Made by a program: the position numbers and the translations under genes
Notes under the pieces: model-generated
The model's input: only the letters and a program-made list of their open reading frames with translations
The model's database searches: none
Told to the model about the DNA's origin: nothing
Source of the DNA: Vitrella brassicaformis CCMP3155
Lineage: Eukaryota > Protista > Chromerida
Reading direction: 5' to 3'
NCBI GenBank assembly: GCA_001179505.1
Contig: CDMY01000947.1
Coordinates: forward strand, 124,001 to 188,000
Length of the DNA: 64,000 nt
In this document: positions 37,061 to 49,181 of the stretch, in pieces
How the letters are laid out: each line of letters begins with the position of its first letter
Numbering within the stretch: position 1 is the first letter of the stretch

Positions 37061-37552
37061 TGGCTGAATCAGCTCGTTCATGTGTATGTATTGCATATGC
37101 CTAGCTGCCTGACGTCAGGCTGTCTCGTTTTTAACTTTATCAGTGACCATGGTGGGGGGGTGAAAGGAAGGGGGACGCGTCAGTGAGTGCATTAGTGCAA
37201 GGTTCTGCCTTTGCGTGTATCTTGCTGGCTCGGTCGTCACAGTTTTGCCCTTCTGCTGACGGAAAGAGTGGCCCCACACACCCCATGCACTTGGAGTACG
37301 TTGTGTGTGGGCAGACAGGCTATGAAGGCAGTGAGTAGGTTGTGGTGCCGCGACTGGTTTTTCGACGGACAAGGGGGGCCGCCAGTCACACACAGTGAAT
37401 GCATTTCATGACCGTTGCATCTCAGGCTGCATTTGTGCGAAGTTTGGCAAGTGCAGTAGATGGATCGATGGATGGATGGAGAGATGCCACACGCTGCACG
37501 TGATAGGTAGTATGTGTGTGAGTGTGTGTTCAGGTGTGTGTATGCCGTTCAT

Positions 37553-37751
37553 TCGGCGTGTGGGTGTTAAATGAAGGAGGACATTTCCCCGGCCACAAGA
37601 CTATCTGGTTGAACGAGTCACACAATGCATGTCACCAACCAATCAACCAGACAAACCGACACCACACCCACACAGACGATTGAAGATATTGACACATACA
37701 CGTGATCTACACAATGGCCTCGCTCGCCTGCTGCAGCGAGGGGGCTCATGA
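37553..37751. repeat. ~200 bp non-coding direct repeat, copy 1
   Basis: 37553-37656 is identical to 39073-39176 (104 bp); the remainder is diverged with indels. Confidence 0.95.
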
Positions 37752-37838
37752 CACGAATGTCCATCTATAGCGTCACACATACATTCTCCAGCCTCGCTGC
37801 CCGGAACAAGCTAGCTACACCGAGAGAGACTGAGAAAG

Positions 37839-38814
37839 TCACAGGTACCTACAGCGCCCCTCCCACACACAGCCAAGCAGACACGCCGACAGACAGACAG
37901 ACAGACAGTCACCTGAGCGTCAGTCTGCTTCGGACTTCAACAGACGGCTCGAAGCCGTTGTCGATCATCGCCGCTGACGCGACGTGATATGAATACTCGA
38001 AGACCTCCGGTCTAAAAGAGAAATCCAAACCTGAACACACACACACGAGGGCTGTGTCTGTCTGTCCATGACGGTCTCCATTGCCCTGTCTGTCTGAAAG
38101 TCTGTCTGTTTGTTTGTTACCTCTCTCTAGACACTGCGCTACACAGTTGAAATCTAAACCAGACACACAGAGAGCCAGACAGACAGACAGACAGACAGAC
38201 AGACAGTGGCTGAGTCCATCCGGCTGGCCTCTCTTGGTGTGTGCAGATCGATCAGAGTTAGTTGCTCACAGAAGGCAGACACCCACGCTTTGAACACCTC
38301 GAAGTCCTTGTCTGAGCCAGGCGGTCTGCAGCAACAGCGAGGCACAACACAAATGCGCGCGCATACACACACAATACACAGACGTACACCACTTACCTCT
38401 TGCCCTGCAGGATTTGGACCAGGATGGCCTCACTGTCGGTCAACCACTGCAGAACCTCCTCGTCGGTCGGAGACGGGCCGGCCTTGCCCAAGAAGCGCCT
38501 CTGTGCACACACGCACACACACACACGAACGCGCACACATACAAACACACTGAGAGAGACTACGCTGGCCATCTCTGCCCCCTTACAAGTATGGCGCCGA
38601 TATCATTGAACGCCTCGACGCCGCGTTCAAGCTTGAATCGGGGCGTGACGGCTTGGAGAGGGCGGTGCCGTATCCGAAGGCCATTCGGCTTGCCGGCGAT
38701 GCCGACTCTCTGGGCGACTGGGGTGAGGAACGCCCTTGGGAACGCCGACGACGACACTGCCGCTGCTGCTGCTGCCAGGGAGAGAGCGGCGACGAACGTG
38801 AACGTCAGGCGCAT
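37839..38814 (-). CDS. Plastid-targeted protein of unknown function (bipartite leader), ~6 exons
   Basis: MRLTFTFVAALSLAAAAAAVSSSAF gives a signal peptide plus the AF motif, then an R-rich transit peptide. Exons RRFLGKAGPSPTDEEVLQWLTDSEAILVQILQGKR|PPGSDKDFEVFKAW|..GLDFSFRPEVFEYSYHVASAAMIDNGFEPSVEVRSRLTLR|YL*. Confidence 0.72.
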
Positions 38815-39072
38815 GGGAGAATCATGGATCAGCAGTGCTCGAGGAAAAGATCGGCACAAGTTGAGCTCGCAAATGTCAAGGGTGCGTGAAAACCTTCTGT
38901 ACAGAAAGCTGTTTTGATGATTGACCATCTGGCTTTCTGCAATGGAAACTGTCTTTTTGAGTGGCGAGATGTCTTTCTGCAGCGGCTGGTGGCCTTTTGC
39001 AGCGGTACTGCCTTCTCCGGCAGATCGCTATCTTTTGAGCTCAGCTCCTCGCCCAGACCTTGCCTTGTCGTG

Positions 39073-39279
39073 TCGGCGTGTGGGTGTTAAATGAAGGAGG
39101 ACATTTCCCCGGCCACAAGACTATCTGGTTGAACGAGTCACACAATGCATGTCACCAACCAATCAACCAGACAAACAGACATCACACACACACACACACG
39201 AGCGCGCACACGGTTGAAGATATTCACACACATGATCTACACAATAGCCTCCCTCCTGCTGCAGCAAGGGGGCTCATGA
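39073..39279. repeat. ~200 bp non-coding direct repeat, copy 2
   Basis: Same sequence as 37553-37751 at an offset of 1520 bp. Confidence 0.95.
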
Positions 39280-39686
39280 GTGGCCATGGGACTTGAAGGG
39301 GCGCCGATGGCCGGCTGGCCGGCCATTCAATAACAGCTATCGATGAACACATCTACATAGATAAAATGAGAACATGGCAGAACGGAAATAAAGAACGCCA
39401 CACACACAGCGATGAGTGTGCAGCGAGAAGGGAAGGGATGGTCTGGTCTGCATGCCGCCTTACCCGTAATAGCAGCATTAGACGGGCGGATTCAGGTTGC
39501 TGCTGCTGTCCTCCTCCTTATCCATCCCATCACCAAACCTGCCAGACAGACAGACAGACAGACAGACAGACGTGTGTGTACTCATGGATGCCCCCATCCA
39601 TCCATCCATCCATCTCCTGGCACCTTCCACTCACTGGCTGTCCTCCATTTGTTGTTGCTGCTCCTCGTCGTTGTCGTCGCCGTCAA

Positions 39687-41125
39687 TCAATCGCCACCAG
39701 GCTGCTTCCGCTCTCCCCAGTCAGCGTACATGCCGTCCTCGTCCATGAAGCCCTTCACACAAACACACGCGCACACACACACTCACGAATGGATACACGT
39801 GGATGACATCCATCTCCAATGTGTATGTGTGTGTCTTTTCCCGCTTACCTCGTCTAGGCCGTCGCCCCAGCCGTCCTCCAGGTCGTCCTCATCCAGGAAA
39901 TCCTGCACACACACAGACATGTCACAGGCACGCATACCAAACAAACAAGAGGCAGGAAAAGTGACTGAATCATCGCGGGTGTGTGCGATGTGTGCATGTG
40001 TGCCCGCCCCTCCCTCCCTCCCTCCCTCCCTCCTGACCTCATCGATGTCGTCCTCCTCATCTAGCTCGTCTCCCCCCAAGCCATCGCCATCCGATAACTC
40101 CTCACCCCACACGGCACCGGGCGGCCCCCTCTCACTCATCCCCTCCCACCCATCTATCCTCTGCACCACACGCTGGCCTCCCCCCGCCCCACCCACCACC
40201 ACATTGCCGTCGAACTCGCATTCGAATGGCCTCCCATTGCCGAATCCCCTGACGATGTGGGGCAGCTCGTAGTGCCGACCCTCCTCACACCGGATCAGGT
40301 GGATCACGTCACGCACGCCATACACAACGCCCTCCTCTACGTCCCCGTCCCCTTCCCCTCCCTGGCTGTCAGATGTGCCGGTGTGTGTGACTTGTGGGGT
40401 GACGAAGGCAGTGTGGCGAAACAGACGCCGCCTCACAGAGGGGCTGGCCACATTGTATGCACGAGAGAGGAAAAAAGACAGCGCCGCATTGAGCCGCCGC
40501 CCGAGTGGCGTGCGCTCTGAGAAGGGGAGGGGAGGAGGCTCTACGTACGAGGCAATCTGACAGCACAGCACACCCACACGAAACACGCGATGAGAAGCCG
40601 ACAAGGCAGAGAGAGTGCGCAGAGGGTTCAGGGATGTGTTGATGTGGCGCATGGCGTGTGTAGGGACAGAGCGATTGACATACGAGTGATACACCGACAA
40701 AATTCGGTGCCTCTCTCTGGGTGTCGTGCTGATGTCGATGAGTGCCAGTGGGGTTGTGAATGTCAGTGCTGTGTCTACGGATGCCCCCAGATGGATCAGA
40801 TGATGCGCAGCAGCGTGGTGGCCTCCCCTCACAAGTGCGACAAGGGGCGGCAGTCCCCCTCCACCATCTACGTCAGCTCCTGCCTCATCCACCAGCCATG
40901 ACATGACATCCATATCCCAGTGGGCAACAGAGAGTGTCTCGCTGTCAGCCGTCACCCCCCGCTGCCTCACCAGCCAATACATGATGGCCCTATTCTGACT
41001 CGCTACGGCGCTATTCAGCGCCCCACTGCCCCTCCCCCCCTCCATCTCCTCCTGCCCCATGCCCTCCACGATCTTCTCGAGAATGGCAATGTGGACATCC
41101 GTGTGGCCACCGTGCGCCGCATCCC

Positions 41126-41157
<32 letters not shown>

Positions 41158-41828
41158 CCATCCTCCTCCTCTCGGAAGTGGCACTCACACGCCTCGTTGA
41201 GAGCCGAGGCCCCGTAGAGGCTGGGTGGTGTGGGTGCTGCTGCTGCGGCAGTGGTCAGCCGACTGACCACCTCGAGGCACTCCGTTGCCGAGATGCGCTG
41301 GGTGCCGCCGCGCGTGGCGTCACTGGTAAAGACCGATGTCAGCGCACCACTACCTCCGTAGCAACATGTGGCGCCGTGCCTCAGGAAGGTCTCGATCATG
41401 GGCAGGAGGGCAGACAGCTGAGCGGGGTCAGCGTGGTCCAGGCGGTCCAGCAGGAAGTCCAGGGGTCTCTTGCTCGTGAGAATGATGTGCATCGCTCGCC
41501 CTGGGCTGCGGCTGGTGTAGTCCATGTCGGCGCCCGAGCCAATGAGGCACCGCAGCATCGCGGCACCATCCTCTCCGACGCATCTGTCGGCGGCCAGATG
41601 TAGCAGAGAATCCCAACGGTTGAGGGCAGCGTCGTAGTACCGCCCATTGGGGTCGGCCTTCTGCTGCGTCAGCAGCTGGGCCGCTACGGCGGGTGAGAGG
41701 GAGCCATGGTGGATGCCGAATGCCAACTGTTTGGTGGGCGAGAGGGCAAAGGCTGGCGCTCCGCCGCGTGAGAGGGTCACGGGGAACGGCTCGCCGGGCT
41801 GCTGCTGGTGCACCTCAGAGCTAGACAT
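39687..41828 (-). CDS. Ankyrin-repeat protein with poly-Q and acidic C-terminal tail
   Basis: Long first exon (ORF 41828-39783) with ankyrin-like DSLLHLAA, LRCLIGSGADMD, ALNSAVASQN..WLV and PPLVALVRGGHHAAAHHLIHLGA. Two short spliced acidic exons end YADWGERKQPGGD*. Confidence 0.8.
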
Positions 41829-42199
41829 CGCCAGATCGAGTCGACGAAGCCATCAGGTGGAAGCGCGGCTGCTGCAAACAAAGACGCCGCAGGGGTGAAA
41901 AACAAGAAGGGGATATCAATCTGCCTGGCTGCCTTCTCACCCGTACTGCACACGCGTCAGAGGCTCTCCAACGCTAGAACAGGCGGGCATCGTGACGCCG
42001 CTGTCAACCTGACACGCCAGCAACATGCAGCGCATGAATGAATGAATGAATGTGCGTTCATTCCTTCCCATCGCATACAAATGCTTACTGTGGCCATGCG
42101 CACTATCCGCGACCAAAACCACCCCTCAACAACAGCGCCTTCCATCATTAGCTCGCGTGTGGATCGCCCAGCAAGCCGTAGAAACGTGGCTTCGCCGCC

Positions 42200-44580
42200 A
42201 TGGCTGCTGCAGCGGCTGCCAGCGGGGCAGGCGAGAAGCGAAAGCGGCCGAACGGCGGCGATGGCGATGAGGATGAGTGCGGCCATCTGCGTGCGAGCAT
42301 GGAGCAGGCGCAGCTGGTGATGGAGAAGCTGCGCGAGATTGAGAATGGCCTCATCCAGCGAGAGCGGGCCATCGGCGGCACGGCAGATACCAGCGAGCCA
42401 TCCGTAAGAGGGCCAGACGCGGAACGCAGGGAAGCCCTGAAATGCGGTTTTGTGCGTTCCTCTGCGTGTGTGTGTGTGTGTGTTGTCGTCAGGCCGAGCG
42501 GATGCGTGACATGTTGGCGTTCAATGTGGCCGGGGACACGACCGTCAAGGTGCGGCGTTCCACTCTGTGCGCCGTCAAGGGGACCGTCATTGCACTGCTG
42601 TTCTCGGGCCGCTTCGATGATGCCTTCGTTCGTGACAAGGACGAGCGCATCTTCCTTCAGATGTTTCCTGATGCCTGGAAGTGGTAGACAGATGTCATGA
42701 CTGTGGATGGCCATGTGTGGATCTCACACTGCCCCTCTGTGTGTGTGTGCTCCGTTGTCAAGTTGGTTGGGAAGCTCAACACATATGTGGGGGTGCAGAC
42801 CATCGACACCATCGTCATACCGCCCTCCAGACAGAACGATACGCCATTCAAGTGAGTGGGCCACACCAACTGACACACGCCAGGCTGCCTGTTTGTGTTG
42901 CCGTGGATCCCATGGTGTGGTGTGGTGTGTTTGGTCTCGTTCAGGTACTGGGTTGAGTTGCTCATGTCGGACCCCGGCTACAAGCGGCGCGCGAACCGTG
43001 TGCAGATCCCACCCCTCACTCAAGACCACCAGCAGCAGGGGGAGGGAGGGCAGGAGCAGCAGGAGAGCGACGCTGAGGCCCTCTCTGTGGAGCTGCCCAG
43101 TATGATCAGGAGGGCCAAGGATGCCAGGGACGCCCAGATGGAGCGCCTCGAGGCCATCAAACCCCTGCTCAAGACGGGCGATAGCGAGGAGGATTCGGTA
43201 AGCCGACGATACACTGGGAGAAAGGTGGGAGAAGGGATCGTCACTCATGTGTGCTGTCCTTGCTGTGCCCTTCGAGGTCAGTTGGTGTCGATTGAGGTGT
43301 CGGGTGCCACGGTGACGGTGACCAAGGGTGTGGCCACATCGCTGGGCGCCGACTCGACATTCGCGAACATGTTCACCAAGTGAGCCGCACTCACACAGAC
43401 ATGCATCCATCGCATGCCATTCCATTCTGTATGTCAGGTATGATCCCGATAGTCATGAGGAAGATCCCGAGTACGTGCGGCGCATAGTAGACGTGGTGGC
43501 GAGATCGCACATGATGAAGCAGACGGCCGTCAAGGCGGCTGATGTGCGCGGGGCGGTGGGCGAGACCGACCTCAAAGGATTCCGACACGCACTCACCATG
43601 TAAAAGCGGCGAGAACACACAGAGCTGCTCACCACACAGTGCTCCGACGGCTGTTCTCTGTCTGTCTGTCTGTCTGTGTGTTGGTTTGTGTCAGGTACGG
43701 TTTGGATAGCGATCGCTATTTGGGCCCCGCTGACGGCCTGCTGACCACCGACCACCTGCACAAGATGCCCCAGTGGTGTGAGGGTCGGAACTACCCTGAG
43801 GCCCCCAGCATCCCGTCGTGTGTGGGCGAGCCGGTCGTCCGCATATACAAGTGGGAAGGGCAGCCGACAGATGTGAGCATGACGGCACTCTCCCACCATG
43901 CCTCTGTGTCCTGATGTGTGTGTGTGTCGTGGCAGGGCGACTGTGGATGGTTGGAGGTGGTTGGATTTCTCCGATGCCGTCAAGGGCCACTCCCCCCTGC
44001 TGATCATCTTCCGTGTGGCCGACAGCAATGAGCTCTTCGCCATCATCATCGAGGGGCCCGTCGAGGTCACCGGGACGGCCGAGAGCACCCCCGACACGAA
44101 ATCCTTCGCCTTCAAGCTGCGTGGGACAGACAGCCACCCATATGTGGGCTACATCGGCTGGGGAAGCAAGATGGACATCGCGGGCACACAGGTGGGTGCC
44201 CATCTGAATGAGCCGGGCAGTCATGGTAATGGTCTCCTGTTCATCCATGTGTGCAGGAGAGAGCCGCCCCCCTCATCGATTTCTCTTCGCCCGACTCTGA
44301 TGTGAGGGCCGTCCTCGGTGTCGCAGGCTTCAGCTTTGGCGTCCGTCCGGCCGCCCAGCAGATCCAGATTGGCGCCCCAACAGCAGCCAGCGACGGGGAG
44401 CTCAAGCGCTGCCAGGGATTCATGCTGCAAGCAGATCAGCCCGACGAGTGGCGGCAGTGGCAGCGGCCGGGCGTGAGGCCGAGCGACCACGGCTGGGGTG
44501 GTGACGTAGTGTTCCTGCCTGTGTCTGTGAAGGGGTTTCACTTTGAGATTGATGAGTTCGAGGCATACAAGCTGGCGTGA
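42200..44580 (+). CDS. BTB/POZ + TLDc-like protein, paralog 3
   Basis: DMLAFNVAGDTTVKVRRSTLCAVKGTVIALLFSGRFDDAFVRDKDERIFL; ATVDGWRWLDFSDAVKGHSPLLIIFR; FHFEIDEFEAYKLA*. Confidence 0.82.
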
Positions 44581-45281
44581 GCAAGGGAGGGAGGGGGGAG
44601 AGGGGTACAGTAGACGGGCGTGTGGTGTGTGCGTGTATTCGTGACGAACATGTGCGTGGCTTTCCATCTAGTTGTTGTACAGTTGACAATCGCTGCGCAT
44701 CGCCTCCATCCAGCAGGTGGAGGTGACTGCTGTGTGCCGGACGGGCATTGACTTGACCGATTAGCATGCCACGCAGCGTACCGTCCACACACACTCACTC
44801 TCACTATTATGTACACCGATGGTCTCACTGACTGACTTGACAGAGAGGCACGACCTTGCAGCGATCAGCTACAGCCTGCATGCATGACACTTGAATGAAT
44901 GAATGAATGAATGAATGAATGGATCCGTCAGGTCCGTGCGGTGCGCTCCCTTCCTTCCCTGTATGTAGCACCAACGAATGCTCATTTCAGTGTGTGCTCA
45001 TGGATGGGTCATCTGTCGGCGTTCTCCTTCTCCTCGCTCAAGGAAGGCACCACGTCGTCCCAAAACGTTTTGGTCCACAACGGGCGCCGACTGCCAGATC
45101 CCCATGCAATCTCACTCGAGGTTGTGTTTGAAGGGCAGCTCACTTGGCTTCACTTTCCAGAGGCAGGGGTGGATTTGCTAGTGTCGTCGCCGCATCGGTT
45201 GTCGATATCTATCATACTTACTATCGGTTGACGCCTTTTGTCGAAGGATAACAGCATCGATTCACACGTACATACGTTGAT

Positions 45282-46996
45282 ATGGAGCGGTACCTCATCA
45301 AGCGGCCTCGTGACTGCTCGGCGAGCACCCACCTGTCCACTGGGCAGGCCAAGCGCGTCAAGGGCGGCGCATCGCAGCCTCAGGCTCACAAGGCAGGTGG
45401 TGGCACTCAGCAGCAGCAGCAGCAGCAGCTCAAGCAAATGGAGATCGGGCCGTCCATGAAGCTGCAGGAGGCCAAGTGAGCGACAGAGAGAGAAACCCGA
45501 CGGCGTGCCGACAACCACACACAGATACATCCATCCATCTCTTCTAGTGAATGTGTGTGTGTGTTCGCTGTGTGTGCAGGGTTCGTTTGTGTAAGGTGTG
45601 TGGCGTGCCCGTTGCCCCCGGTGAGCACCACGATGACAAGCTGCACGAGGAGATGGGCTTCATCACCACCAAGAAGAAAGTCAAACAGCCCGTCAAGTGG
45701 CCAGGGGTAAGCACAGCTGGGCCAACACGGCCAACCAGTACACACCCAGCACAGTCTAGACCACACCCATCGATCTGTGTCGCCTTGCCTTGCCTCGGTC
45801 AGGCTCGGCGTTTCATCGTCCGCACTTTGCCGCGGGGCGAGGCGATAGCCCGCATACACGGCAAGCCGGACCAGGCCGCATGGAAGAAGGTACACAACAC
45901 AACACGGACACACGCAGGGGTGGAGTGCTCAGCTCACCGCTGTTTTGTGTGTGTGTGTGTGTGTGTGTGTTGTGGTATGCCTGGGGGTCAGGTTCAGTCG
46001 ATATTTTCGGTGTTGAATGAGGAGATCGGCCACCCCGGGCTGCACGAGTGCCACCTGCGGTCGCACGACCATCAGGTGGGTGGGTGGCTGTGGAGGATGA
46101 TGGCCCCATCAACCACACGACCCTCTTTGTGTGTGTGTGTATGTGTGTGTGTTTAGTTGTATTTGTACCTGAAGCCTCCCTCACTCAGCGTGGTGGGCTT
46201 CCTTTGGACCAGACCTGTGCATAAGGTAGGCCGGCATCACCCACACCCCCACCCACCCACCCACAGCACCTCATTCCAGCCTTCTCTCTATCCCGTTTTG
46301 TCCACCACCCGCAGGCGTATCCCGTGTTGTTTGAGCAAGATTTGTCGCAGCCCTCCTCGTCCAGTGCCAGTGCCAGTGCTGCTGCTGCCGGTGGGAGTGG
46401 TTCGTCCTTCCCGTCGCTGGAGCCCGTGCAGCTGCAGACGTCACAGCCAAAAGATGCCCGCCTGGGGGTGGAGGTCATCTGGTGGGCGATGAAGGGATGG
46501 AGGGAGGGAAGACTCTCAACAGTGTGTGTATGTATCGTGTTCATGCGTGGCATTTAGGGTTCACGCGTCCCACCGTCGGCAGCGGATCGCTTCACAGCTG
46601 GTCGATGCGGCAGCGTAAGCAAGCAGACAGACAGGAGAGGAACCAAACCAACGTCGGTCCACCATCCACACACACCCCTTGTCTGTCTGCTTGCTTCTCA
46701 GTTCGATGTTCGTGGAGGGTGTCAAGGTGCCCAGGTCGGAGATCGCATTCACACAGGTGAGGTGGGCGGCTGGGCGGGTCGGTGGGAGACAGACATTGCC
46801 ACCACACACTGCCGCACTCTCTCCTCTGAATGGATGTGTGCAGACTACGGCGCTGGGTACCCTGTTTGCGCGTCGCTACGTGGGTGCGGTGCACTTCAAC
46901 GGCTACAGCACGGTGGACGAGGACCAGCAGGACATCTGCCGAGCTGCAAAGAAGGAAACCGATGCTGATGGTGGCGATGATGATATGCAGCAGTGA
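45282..46996 (+). CDS. ECO1: Cohesin acetyltransferase Eco1/Ctf7/ESCO
   Basis: PIP-like LKQMEIG, zinc finger CKVCG..HHDDKLH, GNAT motif LGVEVIW|VHASHRRQRIASQLVDAA|R and EIAFTQ|TTALGTLFARRY. These match the Eco1 pattern GISRIWV..RR.GIA..LLD / IAFSQPT..G..FA..Y. Confidence 0.9.
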
Positions 46997-46999
46997 GGA

Positions 47000-49147
47000 A
47001 TGGGAGAGGCGTAGGTGTCGTCATATGTTATTGCCAGTATCGTATTGGACTGTATTGCATTCCATTGATCGGTTTTCTCAGCTCTGACGCCCGCTTTGTC
47101 CTTGTACACTGTTCGCCCTTGATGGCAGTGAAGTTCCCAGCCCAGCAGGGAACTTTGCTGAGGTCAGGGGTGGCCTGCGCAGAAGGACCGAGGGGGCACA
47201 GCACAGCACGGCTAGAGAGAAAGGAAGGACCGAAGGAAGGATTCAGTATGAAGACAAGAGGGACGAACTACCTCGTCGTGTTGCTTGTCTCTCTCTCTGT
47301 CTGTGTGTGTGCGTTGTGGGTCGTGCTGGCGTCTGTCCAGGGGATGAGAGATACATCCTCTAGATGGGTGACTGAGTGACTCACAACGCGCATACACAGA
47401 CAGCGGGAGAGACAGCATGCAAGAAGATAGATAACAGCCAGGGGATGAGTGAGAGGGAGTGGATTGGGGGAAGGGAGATGGTTTCTGTGTACAGTGAGCA
47501 TTCATGCATGGGTGCGCGGCCATGGCCAGCCATATATCCCCACACACACGACAGTGTCTTCGTGGGGCAGTCAGGCAGTGTATAGGCTAGCCATGGTATG
47601 ATGTGTGTGCATCACATCATCCGGTCCATGTGTGTGCATTGATTGATTGCATTTGTGAGAGAGATGACGGTCGATCGACCCTTGTGTGGGTGCGTGCGTG
47701 CGGTTGGCCCGGATGTTTTGTTGCTGCATGTATTTGTGTATCTATCGCATCCACACATGGATTGGCGCTTCTCGATGTGTGATGGATGCCTTTGCACTGA
47801 GTGTACAGCAGCGACACGCCGATCCGTGGATCAGTGAATTGCATTCATTCATCGAGTCGGTCTCTCTCTGTGTGTACATGTGTCTCACCACACACCTCAC
47901 ATACAACATTGGTATGATGCCATGCCCCGCGCTGCATCGTAAGACGGACCTCGCAGTGACCAAATTCACTCTTCCCTCCCCTGACCGCCGAAGAGGCAAG
48001 TGAAGTCCGTCACAGCGAGCGTCCGTACACTCACGCGATGCATACACTCAAGAAACACACAAAGGAGACACACATCGCGTCCATCCATCCGTCCATCAGC
48101 CATTCAAGTGCTGCCCGCATTGCACTTCACTGTACTGTGCTGCACTCGGCCTTGTGCGTGGCGGTGGCGACGCGCAGGGCCTGCCTGCTGATGGACAGAG
48201 AATGCTGCCACCAACTTCGCCTACGAATCTCCTCCCGCACCCACAAAGCCCTTGATGCAGACAGACAGGGGGAGCACGGGGGAGCACGACAGAGGTCATT
48301 AATTCGGCAGGACGAAAAGGCAGTCATTCACACGCATGAACCAACCAACCAAGCACGCACGCACGCAAGCAAGGAAGCAAGGCAGGCAGTGAGTGAGTGA
48401 GTGAGTGAGAGGTATGAACAAACCACGTCATATATTCATGTCACCGCCAGAAACACTGACTGACCTGACCCTCATGCATATGACGCGATAGAGAGGGTGA
48501 TCCATCCATCCATCCACCATCCATCCATCCTTGTGCAAGCCAGTTACGATGGATGGATGGATGGATGGATGCGTTGAGATTCGGCTATATACATACATGT
48601 ACATGGGGCATGTAGGTATGTATATAGAGAGAAAGGGGCCTACCAAAAAAGAACGAGACCGACAAATATCGAGTATGCTGTGCGGTGGTGGCACGTGCGT
48701 CACGTCACGAAAAATAGAGGACCGCTGCAGGCAGGCAGGCAGGCAGGCAGCCCCCCGAGTAGAGACGCAGACGCACGGCCGTTGGCGTCATCCATCCATC
48801 CATCCGTTTGTTTGTCTTGTGTTTCTGTCTGTACGAAGCGATTCTCGAGTGTCGTCAGTGTGTGCATTGCAGTGCATGTGACTATACCTCACTGCACTGG
48901 ACGAATGCATTATACTATGTGGAGATAAGCATCAAAACTGTGGTGGTCTTCTCCAATTGGCCTTCTCTCTCTCTCTTACGTCGCTTATGTACACCAGACA
49001 GACAGCCAACGAGCCCACCCCCCGCAACACAATTCCTTCCCTGGTCTTGTCATGGTTTTGTTGCCATGCTACCCAACCGGCTCGAATGGCCGGGGAAAAC
49101 ACACACACACAGACGGGCAGACAGGCAGACAGACAGACGCTCCCGTC

Positions 49148-49181
<34 letters not shown>

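Noticed and set aside
37553-39279. LTR retrotransposon or solo-LTR interpretation of the direct repeats
   Set aside because: No TG..CA termini, primer-binding site, polypurine tract, target-site duplication or gag/pol. The interior is a spliced cellular-type gene.
41140-41180. (CAG)n poly-Q tract in the ankyrin gene (also poly-Q in ECO1)
   Set aside because: Short homopolymer tracts are commonplace in this type of genome.
44890-45231. ORF 44911-45231 and (GAAT)n tract upstream of ECO1
   Set aside because: No motif or codon bias; most simply promoter or 5' UTR sequence.
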